This document shows positions 55,955-64,000 of a stretch of DNA of 64,000 bases, piece by piece. This stretch comes from a virus, in the IMG/VR virus record IMGVR_UViG_3300027763_000050, positions 1 through 64,000 of that record. One strand, given 5' to 3'. A program made the position numbers and the translations under genes. Position 1 is the first letter of the stretch. The number at the start of each line of letters is the position of its first letter. The notes under the pieces are model-generated. The model made no database searches and was not told the origin of the DNA. It worked only from the letters and a program-made list of their open reading frames with translations.

Positions 55955-55960
55955 TAGATT
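55955..55960 (+). promoter_or_regulatory. -10-like TAGATT box 6 nt upstream of the terL ATG (member of the recurrent YTAGAHT motif)
   Basis: Same geometry at portal (TAGACT 57498-57503). Confidence 0.55.
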
Positions 55961-55966
55961 GGCGAC

Positions 55967-57496
55967 ATGGCTGTAACTTCGATCGCCCTGGCGCACAAGC
56001 GATCAGCAAAGCTTGCGGCAAAAGCTGTAGTCAAGAAACCAGATATTGTGGTCACGCCGCCACATGTAATTAAAGCGCGTAATAGTTTCGCGTATTTTTG
56101 CGAGCTTATGGGTCATCCCCCTGCTGCTCACATGAAGAAATGGCACCAGGAGTTGCTGACCGGCAATGGCAATGATCACCTCAAGTGGGTGGCAGGGGCA
56201 AACACCGTTCTCTTGAGCCCGCGGGGTTCGGCCAAGAGCACTGTTATTGGGATGTTTGTTGCCTGGCTTATCGGGAAACACGCGATTGAAAAGAAGCTAC
56301 TCCGCACCCTCTATGTTTCGTACAACGTAGACGTAGCAAGGAACAAAAGCGCTGCGATCAAGAACCTAGTCCAATGCAAGGAGTATAAGGAGATCTTCCC
56401 GACAGTGCGGCTATCTAAGGGGAGAACTAGCGATGAACTCTGGTCCATTGATTTTGACTATGCACAAATAGACGTAAGGGGCGAGGACGCATTCACTATT
56501 GCCTGCGCAGGCCTCAAGGGGACCATTACATCCAAGCGAAGCAGCCTGGTAATCGTGGATGACGCCATCAAGTCTGCGGCAAGTATTCAGAACCCGGACA
56601 TCCGCCGTGAGATGGAGGCGAACTGGTCAAACGTGATTGTCCCGACGATGTTTGAGGGTGCTCGGGCGATCTGCCTTGGTACTCGATTCCACTTTGATGA
56701 TCTATTCGCAACGATCTATACAGAGGCTAAGGGCTGGAAGGTGATCACCCAGACGGCCCTCTCATACGACGACGACGGGAGGCCAAAGTCCTATTGGCCG
56801 TCCCAGTGGTCCACAAAATACCTGTTGCAGCTCCAGGCGGAGGACAGAACGGCCTTTGCTTACCAGTACCTGAATACACCGGTAAGGAGCACCGAGCTGG
56901 GCATATCGCCTGACTTGTTCGTGCGCGGGGAAGTGCCCGATGACTACGACTCGATTGGGGTTGGGATCGACTTGAGCGCAGGGCTGGGCGAGCGCAATGA
57001 CTGGACAGTTTTTACGTTGGCTGGCCGGCATGAGGACAAGTGCTACATCATTGATTACAAGCGAATGAAATCAATGGGCAACCTCGAGAAAGTCGAGGCC
57101 CTATGCGAGCTGCTGGTTGAGTGGAACCTGCTGAACGTCAATGAAGAGGGCCAGTATTTCGCTAGCACCTCACCAGTGACTATCTGGCCAGAAGCCGTGG
57201 CCTACCAAAAGTCATTTGAGGGGGATTTGCGGCGGATGCTTTTCAACGAATGGGGCCTCTACAACTTGAACGTCAAGCCTGTTTCTGGGTTCAGGGGAGA
57301 CAAGCTGGCTAGATTACGGGGGATCCTGGGCCTATTCCAGGCGAAGCGAGTTATCTTCAACAAGTACAGGGACTTTACCTGCATGGTGGACGAGATTATC
57401 AATTTCGGCCACGCCCCTCACGACGACTGTGCAGACTCCCTCAACATGGTTGTATCTGGGCTGATGCGCAGAGGGAACGCCCATATTGAATGGTAA
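55967..57496 (+). CDS. terL: Terminase large subunit
   Basis: SPRGSAKST Walker A, VIVDD Walker B, GTR coupling motif, RNase H-like GVGIDLS and HDDCADS. Confidence 0.93.
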   Translation: MAVTSIALAHKRSAKLAAKAVVKKPDIVVTPPHVIKARNSFAYFCELMGHPPAAHMKKWHQELLTGNGNDHLKWVAGANTVLLSPRGSAKSTVIGMFVAWLIGKHAIEKKLLRTLYVSYNVDVARNKSAAIKNLVQCKEYKEIFPTVRLSKGRTSDELWSIDFDYAQIDVRGEDAFTIACAGLKGTITSKRSSLVIVDDAIKSAASIQNPDIRREMEANWSNVIVPTMFEGARAICLGTRFHFDDLFATIYTEAKGWKVITQTALSYDDDGRPKSYWPSQWSTKYLLQLQAEDRTAFAYQYLNTPVRSTELGISPDLFVRGEVPDDYDSIGVGIDLSAGLGERNDWTVFTLAGRHEDKCYIIDYKRMKSMGNLEKVEALCELLVEWNLLNVNEEGQYFASTSPVTIWPEAVAYQKSFEGDLRRMLFNEWGLYNLNVKPVSGFRGDKLARLRGILGLFQAKRVIFNKYRDFTCMVDEIINFGHAPHDDCADSLNMVVSGLMRRGNAHIEW

Positions 57497-57509
57497 TTAG
57501 ACTGGTCCC

Positions 57510-59747
57510 ATGACTCAAAATTCGCGGGAACGATTCCGACAAATTATTGAGGCCGCCCGCACCAGGGATGGTCACACCGGAATCGATACGATGATCGTGA
57601 ACTCGCATCTCACGCAGATGCGGATGTTCATGCTGCGGCAGGGCTTGGAGTTTTACCCGCGGCAGGACACGTTTGGTTTCCGTAAGAGCTTTGTCAACAG
57701 CGTGATCGAGGAGAACGAGATCGACGCCCGCCTCGAGGGGGTTGTTGACGACTTCCTGATTGACGGCAAGGGATTGTTCTATTTCCGGCCAGTCAGGGAC
57801 ACATACCGGATCATGTGGTTCAGCCGGGACAACTACCGGGCTTATTACGACCAGGTAGGCGGGCTAGAGGAGGTTGAGCTAATTTATTCTTTCCAGGTAA
57901 GGCAGCCGGGCCTCGGTTTTGCCTCAATGGACTCCGGCTCTCAGGGCGCGACCAAGTACGTAAAGCTTAAGGTCAGGAAGGGGGAAATCAAGGAATCAAT
58001 CACTGACGACAAGCCAAGCTTTGAGGTTGGGGTTGGCCTGCTGTCCGGCGCGATGAATACCCGGACAACAAAGAACAGTCTGGGTTTTATCCCCGCTGTT
58101 GAGTGCTTCAACAACATGAAGTCAACCGGGACCGAGGCGACCGGTGATTTTGATTGGCTGGCAGAACACATCATTGTTCATGATGATTTAGTTAAGAACA
58201 TCAGGGCAAACATCACGTTTTACGGCAACCCAACCCTGGTTTCCAGCAGGCCCAAGCAGGACCTCGTGGAGAGCGGGGACAGCGGCGGGATGCGGCCAAC
58301 CATTAGCTCCCAGGCAGGCTTCTACGCAGCCAACCGGCCATCGACACGAACCAGCCAACCGCTGCCTGGTGGTGTCGGCGGGCAGAGAATACCGCGGATT
58401 ATTGCCAACATCGAGGCCTCTGATCGGGTTGCATACATCACCCCGGACGCGGTTTCTGGTGATCAAAACCTATACGCAAGACAGTACAGGGAAGAAATTC
58501 GTAACGCTCTTGGTGGAGTTGACGAATTAGGCGCCTCAACTGGTGCGACCGCCTACGAAATCAAGTCACTATTTGGCCGGGCTGCGACAACAGCAAACAG
58601 AAAGTGTCGTGGATTGCTGACATACGGACTATGTAAGTTGCTGGCCCTGATGGTGTTTCACGAGGAACGAGTTTTCCGTGAATCATTTGCCGCCGCAATC
58701 GGGATGCCGGAGCCGCCTGCCCCAATTCGCGAGGAGATGAGTGATGAAAAGGTTTTCCTTGACACACTTAAGAAGTACACCACTGCGATGTCTCAGTACG
58801 AGCAGGCGCTAGAGGAGAAGATTAGAGAAGCAGTGCAGTCCGAGAATCTGCCGCCTAATGTCGTGGGCCTGATACCCGATGGCGATCGAACTATTGAATG
58901 GCGCTGGACAGGTCCGGTGTTCGCTGAAAGCACAGAAGATATACTTAATTCAAGTATTGTTGTACGTAACCTCCAGGAACTCGGCGTAAATTCGATCGAG
59001 GCCCTGCGGTACTTGTTCCCGGACAAGACCGACGAGGAACGTTCAGCGATGCTCAGTGGTTATCCATTTAGGATGGCCCAGGCTACACAACAAAGCATTG
59101 GGACATTCCTGACGCTGATCAGCAATATGAGGCAGACGCCTCATCCTCAGTCCCCAGATCTACCGCTACTTGCGGATCCTAGACTTGATTTAACGCCCTT
59201 TGTTTATAGGGCACTCGAATTCCTTAAGCGCGAGCTAACTTACAGTGGACAGTATTCAGACACAACCGACGCAGGCGATCCAGGCGCCCTCACCGGCCTC
59301 GAGCGCGCCCGTGTCGAACGGGGTCTCCCCCCAGATTCAGGCACAGCCAGCGCCCGCTTCATACCAGATCCAGGCGGCACCTTCGGCTCCTCAGGCTTAC
59401 CAACAACAGGCGGCCCCTCAACAGGTCAATCCCTGGCAGGAGGCATTCAACCGCCTCAACGAAAGTTTGAGCGCGAACAGGAGCTACCAATCCCAGGCGC
59501 CCTCCTCTCCGACGATCCAACAGCCGGCGTATACGCAGGAACAGGCGGCCTATCCCTATCAGGCGGCAACCCAGGCATATCAGGCAGCTCCTTCCTATTC
59601 GGGGCTCCTGACCTCGGCGTTTCCTCAAACGCAGGCATATTCCCCGGCGGCGTACTCAACGGCTCAAGCCCCGATGAGCGCGCAACCCCAGCAGGCCGCC
59701 CAGGCAAGCGACGGGTACCTGGAAGGCGTCAGCAACGAAAGCCTTGA
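57510..59747 (+). CDS. Portal protein with long Gly/Pro C-terminal tail
   Basis: Follows TerL; LGFIPAVECFN...GDFD...NI.FYGNP portal-like pattern. Confidence 0.75.
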   Translation: MTQNSRERFRQIIEAARTRDGHTGIDTMIVNSHLTQMRMFMLRQGLEFYPRQDTFGFRKSFVNSVIEENEIDARLEGVVDDFLIDGKGLFYFRPVRDTYRIMWFSRDNYRAYYDQVGGLEEVELIYSFQVRQPGLGFASMDSGSQGATKYVKLKVRKGEIKESITDDKPSFEVGVGLLSGAMNTRTTKNSLGFIPAVECFNNMKSTGTEATGDFDWLAEHIIVHDDLVKNIRANITFYGNPTLVSSRPKQDLVESGDSGGMRPTISSQAGFYAANRPSTRTSQPLPGGVGGQRIPRIIANIEASDRVAYITPDAVSGDQNLYARQYREEIRNALGGVDELGASTGATAYEIKSLFGRAATTANRKCRGLLTYGLCKLLALMVFHEERVFRESFAAAIGMPEPPAPIREEMSDEKVFLDTLKKYTTAMSQYEQALEEKIREAVQSENLPPNVVGLIPDGDRTIEWRWTGPVFAESTEDILNSSIVVRNLQELGVNSIEALRYLFPDKTDEERSAMLSGYPFRMAQATQQSIGTFLTLISNMRQTPHPQSPDLPLLADPRLDLTPFVYRALEFLKRELTYSGQYSDTTDAGDPGALTGLERARVERGLPPDSGTASARFIPDPGGTFGSSGLPTTGGPSTGQSLAGGIQPPQRKFEREQELPIPGALLSDDPTAGVYAGTGGLSLSGGNPGISGSSFLFGAPDLGVSSNAGIFPGGVLNGSSPDERATPAGRPGKRRVPGRRQQRKP

Positions 59748-60276
59748 GGTTCTCCAGCACTTCGGCGCTGAAGCCCCTGCCCTGCTGAATCGCTACAGCT
59801 GCGTAGTTGAAGACGCCCTGCTTAACCAGGCCCGTCAAACCGCAGAGATCGTTCAAATCGCTGAGGCTCTCCGGGGCCAGATGGAACAGGCCCGCACGAT
59901 TATCACTGCCGCTGCAGAGGATAACGCTGCGTACCACACCATGCTGACCAACCCCGGTCTACTGTCTGACTACGTAAACGACTTCTTCGGCGCCAACGGG
60001 CCTTACCCCGTGGAGACCTCTAAGGATCGTTTAGTGGCTGACATTCAGGCCCAGGAGCAGCGCACTTTTACTGCAGCCCCGGCTCCCGCCCCCGCTCCTT
60101 ATTCCCGCCCGCAGCTTGATATGCCCTCACCTGGCGTACAGGCATCTGCGGAAGACGGCAGCTTCTGGGCAGTTTTCTCGAACCTGAGCGAACGCAACCC
60201 TGAAGCAGCTTGGCAAATGCTGAGCCAAGCAACACCCGACGCCCTGCGCAGCAAGGTGCTGGTTTCTGAAGGTTGA
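59245..60276 (+). CDS. Putative capsid scaffolding protein
   Basis: Q/A/P-rich N-terminus, coiled coil, follows portal. Confidence 0.6.
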   Translation: MDSIQTQPTQAIQAPSPASSAPVSNGVSPQIQAQPAPASYQIQAAPSAPQAYQQQAAPQQVNPWQEAFNRLNESLSANRSYQSQAPSSPTIQQPAYTQEQAAYPYQAATQAYQAAPSYSGLLTSAFPQTQAYSPAAYSTAQAPMSAQPQQAAQASDGYLEGVSNESLEVLQHFGAEAPALLNRYSCVVEDALLNQARQTAEIVQIAEALRGQMEQARTIITAAAEDNAAYHTMLTNPGLLSDYVNDFFGANGPYPVETSKDRLVADIQAQEQRTFTAAPAPAPAPYSRPQLDMPSPGVQASAEDGSFWAVFSNLSERNPEAAWQMLSQATPDALRSKVLVSEG

Positions 60277-60313
60277 GAACATTATCGGCCCCTGAAATAC
60301 GGGGCCTTTTACT

Positions 60314-60721
60314 ATGAACATCCCACAGGCATTTAAGTATTCCCCGGCTGAACTGGCGCTGATGAGTAATCCGCAGTTGGTATCACGGGCAAGTATGCAC
60401 CCTGGTATCACTGAGCAGGGAGAATCAGCTCATCAGGGCGCCCAGCTGGCTTCCCAGGCAATTAGCAATCAGCAAGCCCGGGCAATACCTCAAGGCAACC
60501 AGAGTGAAGCTCGGCTTCAAGACGCATCCCGCAACATCAACGTTGCGGAAAACACGCAACAGCTTCAGGCTGATCAGCTGCTGTTTAACTACAAAGCTGG
60601 GTTACAGGAAGCCGCGGTGCAGCGGAACCCAGATGCGCTGCCCGGTCTGCGCGGGGCTGGCGAACTTGCCGCACAGAAAGTGTCTCCCGAGCAAATGCTT
60701 AACGCGCTTGGTTTTGCTTAA
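60314..60721 (+). CDS. Hypothetical virion protein
   Basis: ATG ORF in late block. Confidence 0.65.
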   Translation: MNIPQAFKYSPAELALMSNPQLVSRASMHPGITEQGESAHQGAQLASQAISNQQARAIPQGNQSEARLQDASRNINVAENTQQLQADQLLFNYKAGLQEAAVQRNPDALPGLRGAGELAAQKVSPEQMLNALGFA

Positions 60722-60759
60722 TAGGAAAACCCTAGAATAGTTTCACTTGCGGGCACGTA

Positions 60760-61074
60760 ATGCGCTTGGCTGGTGGGCCAGAGATTTATCAAGCCCTGGT
60801 CCAACATTTCTCCAGTGACAAGATTCCGTCATCCGCGGCGGAACACCTTGCTGCGGAGGTCATGGCGCATGGTGCCGAAGCAAATACTCGGATTGAGACT
60901 TTCTTCCGTCTCTACGAGCTGCTGCAATCAAAGGGCTATAGCGAGCCGGCAAGTCAGCATCTAGCGGTAGAGATGATGGAAGGTCGTGAGCCAATGGCCC
61001 AAGAGACAAGACGTTTTTCGGGTACCTATGACGACGAATGCTGCGACCCCGGGGCTTACGGCAGCCCTTATTGA
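60760..61074 (+). CDS. Hypothetical protein with internal duplication
   Basis: AAEHLAAEVM / ASQHLAVEMM repeat; TAGAAT box. Confidence 0.6.
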   Translation: MRLAGGPEIYQALVQHFSSDKIPSSAAEHLAAEVMAHGAEANTRIETFFRLYELLQSKGYSEPASQHLAVEMMEGREPMAQETRRFSGTYDDECCDPGAYGSPY

Positions 61075-62221
61075 GCGATTCGAGGGAATCGAGCTTAAGG
61101 CGTATCTCGACCCAGTAGGCGTACCGACAATCTGCGCGGGCCTAACGTATTACCCGGGGGGAGCGGGCGTACGGCTTGGCGATGTTTGTACCGCCAGCGT
61201 GTGCCGAGGGCATTTAACTGAATTACTGGCAAAGGATTTTTTACCCAAACTTGAACGGATTCCGGGGTGGGGGAAGCTTCCGCCTGAGCGCCAGGCTGTA
61301 TTAGGGAGCTTTGCATGGAACATGGGAGCCGCGTTCTATGGCTCGGTCGGGTTTGAGACAATTACACGGGTACTGAAAGACGGAGCTGTTGACAACACGG
61401 TATATTCCCAGTTAGCAAGTGCGTTAATGCTTTACGTGAATGCAAACGGTAAGCGATTTGAGGGGCTTGTTAAGCGACGAGCTGAAGAAGGGAAGCTGTG
61501 GGATAGGGTTGCGTATGGTCAGCTGCAGTTGGTAGCAAAACAGGACACCTGGCTCAAAGTTACACCAATTGACGCCAAGTATCTTTCTACCGAGGGGAAA
61601 CGCCCAGTCGTAGAGGGAGGGACACTAAAGATTACCAAGCTCGAGGAGATACCTCGCGATGCTCACTGCTGGGTAACTCTTGAGGGAAGCCAGGATCGGT
61701 GGTCAATATTCATGCCTCATTTCAGCAGGGTAGAAGAAGTAAAGCCGGCGCCCCCTGCAAAGCCCCAAGCGGATCCCAGCCCTGTTAGTGCAATTGATTG
61801 GACAAATTTCAATGCCAAGGTTGGTAAGTACATAACAGTTGGCGAGGTTCTGCAGATGGACGGCCGCAGGAAGCCGCGACATGGCTCGCCGGAAGAGAAA
61901 GCGATAATTGCCATCTGCCGCGAGTTTGACAAGATCAGAGAAAGCTGGAATGGGCCTCTGGGCGTGACGTCGGGTTACAGGCCAGAACCGATCAATAGCG
62001 AAGTTGGCGGGGTCCAAAATAGTTACCACGTAAAAGGCATGGCCCTTGATATATACCCAATTGGAGCGTCACTGGAAGAGTTCTACAACTGGCTAATTCG
62101 TCGCTGGAGCGGTGGCTTTGGGGACGGCAGAAACAAAGGATTTATTCATATCGACACTCGCGATAATGGATATTTCAGCGTAAGGCCAGATCAGAAGCCT
62201 GCCGCTGTGTGGGATTATTGA
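61028..62221 (+). CDS. Endolysin: GH24 lysozyme + peptidase M15 domain
   Basis: FEG..L.AYLD..GVPTI..G, GLVKRRAEE; TSGYR...N..VGG..NSYH..G.ALD, FIHID.R. Confidence 0.9.
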   Translation: MTTNAATPGLTAALIERFEGIELKAYLDPVGVPTICAGLTYYPGGAGVRLGDVCTASVCRGHLTELLAKDFLPKLERIPGWGKLPPERQAVLGSFAWNMGAAFYGSVGFETITRVLKDGAVDNTVYSQLASALMLYVNANGKRFEGLVKRRAEEGKLWDRVAYGQLQLVAKQDTWLKVTPIDAKYLSTEGKRPVVEGGTLKITKLEEIPRDAHCWVTLEGSQDRWSIFMPHFSRVEEVKPAPPAKPQADPSPVSAIDWTNFNAKVGKYITVGEVLQMDGRRKPRHGSPEEKAIIAICREFDKIRESWNGPLGVTSGYRPEPINSEVGGVQNSYHVKGMALDIYPIGASLEEFYNWLIRRWSGGFGDGRNKGFIHIDTRDNGYFSVRPDQKPAAVWDY

Positions 62222-62300
62222 TTAGCTCTGCGCAATCAGAATCGGATTACTAAAGGAAGCCTTTAGAATAAATAAAGACAAATCAGAGTAAGCCAGAAAA

Positions 62301-62741
62301 ATGGCCGTCACCGACGTAATCAACCGGAGTAGCCGTTACTCAAATCGGCGCGTGACAGGACCCGCGAACTTAGTTGGTCCAAAGTCAAATCAGACAAGTT
62401 CTGACATGATCCGATTGGGCGGAACCAGGTCTAAAGTTGATGTATACGAGTTCAATACATCAGGCGGGTTTGCAACAACCGGTACTTATACGATTACGAT
62501 CAGGCCTCTGGCAGTTGCTGGCCTAAATGCTTTAGTGCGCTCAACGGGCGATCTGGTGATCTTCAAACAGACAGGCGGCACCGGAGCTCCCGTTGTCCTG
62601 CAGCGCATTACCGTAGGCAACCGGACAAGCCCCATTAGCACTGCCGGTCACGCATTTACAACCGCGGATAAAGGCTGGGTTGTAATTGAGCGCAAAGACA
62701 GCTCAACCCTGCGCTACCGAATCGAGCTAGATGTCACCTAA
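62301..62741 (+). CDS. Hypothetical beta-sandwich structural protein
   Basis: TAGAAT box; beta-rich. Confidence 0.6.
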   Translation: MAVTDVINRSSRYSNRRVTGPANLVGPKSNQTSSDMIRLGGTRSKVDVYEFNTSGGFATTGTYTITIRPLAVAGLNALVRSTGDLVIFKQTGGTGAPVVLQRITVGNRTSPISTAGHAFTTADKGWVVIERKDSSTLRYRIELDVT

Positions 62742-62875
62742 TTAGCGGCGGCCCTGACCACGGGATTTTTTACGTCCGTGGTTAGCTCTGCTGTTTTGAC
62801 CGTCCCCTTGGCGGGTCTGTTTTGGTTTTGATTGGTGGGGCAAAGTGCCGTGAAGCCCCGCCTTTGCCTTGGCCA

Positions 62876-63298
62876 TCAGACCACCCGAATCGCCATGGCG
62901 CCAATATTGAATTGAACTGTGTCACCGCTTTGTACGCTGACACTTGAAGTCAATGAACCGCTGGCCAGAAAGTTACCAGCAGTTGCAGCGTTCCAAATAC
63001 CAAAATGAGTCAGGGTTTGAGGGGAACCATTGACCGCGCTGGTGGTAATTTGAACAGTACCGGTGTTGGTTATTTCAAACCCCCCGCCAGACGCTGCAGC
63101 AACTGACGAAAAAGCAGCACTTGAAACAGCTGTACGGTTGGCCGATCCCGTTACGGTGCTGGTGACATCGTTACTTGTGCCAGCAGTGCCGGGGTCGCCA
63201 GTGTGAATGGAGACGTAAACATTACTAAGTGCAGAGGCAAAGGTGGTACCTTTTACCCAACTTAGGACTTGAGATGCTAGATACTGGGAAAATGCCAT
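62876..63298 (-). CDS. Phage tail/baseplate-associated structural protein
   Basis: YVSIHTGDPG..G..N, THFGIWNAATAGNFL motif. Confidence 0.8.
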   Translation of the reverse strand: MAFSQYLASQVLSWVKGTTFASALSNVYVSIHTGDPGTAGTSNDVTSTVTGSANRTAVSSAAFSSVAAASGGGFEITNTGTVQITTSAVNGSPQTLTHFGIWNAATAGNFLASGSLTSSVSVQSGDTVQFNIGAMAIRVV

Positions 63299-63364
63299 TC
63301 TCTTGGCGACTCTTCCTTATTATTGTGGCGAAAAACAGAAACTTGATGTAAGGCTTTGTTGGTT

Positions 63365-64000
63365 TTAGTATCCGCCGTACGGACTTGTAACTGTTAACGT
63401 TGCAACGTTTTGGTTTGTACCTCTTGCTGCACCAGCGATCCTGAATGTTGCCTTGATTCGACCGTAGGGTGTCATACTCAGGGTGAAGACACCACGAGGG
63501 ACAATTGCCGTTGCTTGCAGTGGCCCGGTTTGAGAAGTATTGCCAGCGAGCTTCTTGATTTGAGCACTTGGCTTGAGCGTACCCACTGAATTGCTGCTAC
63601 CCAGAATTGCGCCAAGAAGATTGCGCAGGGAAAGGCGACCCGAGAGTGGAGCACTACCTCCAGCTGCTCCAGTTAGCTCTAGGTAGCGAATAACAAATAT
63701 CGCCACCCCATACGGGAGAGCCTGCCACTGGGAGGACGAGACGGTGAAGTAATAGGTGCCGGCTGGGAGCTTTAATTCTGATTCGTTCTCATCGGTGCCG
63801 ACCACGTCATTCAGGTATGCCGTACCTAGCTCAGTGAGTGGCAGTGGCCGACGATCTGAATCAAGGATGCCTGTGCTGAGGTATTGGTCTTCGTAGGGGT
63901 TGCCGGCGACGATTACCGACTGAAGACCGGCGGCCCCGTTGGTTTCGACCTTAAAGAAAAGCGTATTAGTGCCGGTCTGAGAGCCAATTGAGCCGTTGAT
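63365..64000 (-). CDS. Structural protein, 5'-truncated by window edge
   Basis: LPAGTYYFTV beta-sandwich motif; frame appears to continue to the edge. Confidence 0.6.
   Translation of the reverse strand: MNGSIGSQTGTNTLFFKVETNGAAGLQSVIVAGNPYEDQYLSTGILDSDRRPLPLTELGTAYLNDVVGTDENESELKLPAGTYYFTVSSSQWQALPYGVAIFVIRYLELTGAAGGSAPLSGRLSLRNLLGAILGSSNSVGTLKPSAQIKKLAGNTSQTGPLQATAIVPRGVFTLSMTPYGRIKATFRIAGAARGTNQNVATLTVTSPYGGY

Overview
The whole window looks like a bacteriophage genome segment, most likely a temperate, tailed phage of picocyanobacteria (Synechococcus/Cyanobium type). The host inference rests on a DUF3288-like gene, two NblA-like genes and cyanophage-style tail fibre and small-ORF families. 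From left to right: a 5'-truncated tail fibre; an island of paralogous small ORFs; a large serine integrase with an intact attP-like site directly upstream; HNH, NblA-like and virion peptidoglycan-hydrolase genes; a mostly minus-strand nucleotide-metabolism and replication region (ThyX, dCMP deaminase, AEP-primase/VapE helicase, XRE regulator, PD-(D/E)XK nuclease, two SSB-like genes, clamp-like gene); and a long minus-strand early region. The early region holds a complete four-gene ubiquitin-like conjugation operon (Ubl-JAB-E2-E1, 34964-38237) and an array of small genes each preceded by a ~60-bp terminator-plus-hairpin repeat (43.5-45.9 kb). Next come a ~0.9-kb non-coding divergence point and a plus-strand virion block (Gly/Ala-rich putative ejection proteins, TerS, TerL, portal, scaffold, endolysin), followed by tail genes. 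I could not recognise any tRNA, rRNA, CRISPR array, major capsid or DNA/RNA polymerase gene. All protein calls come from motif recognition by eye, without database searches.
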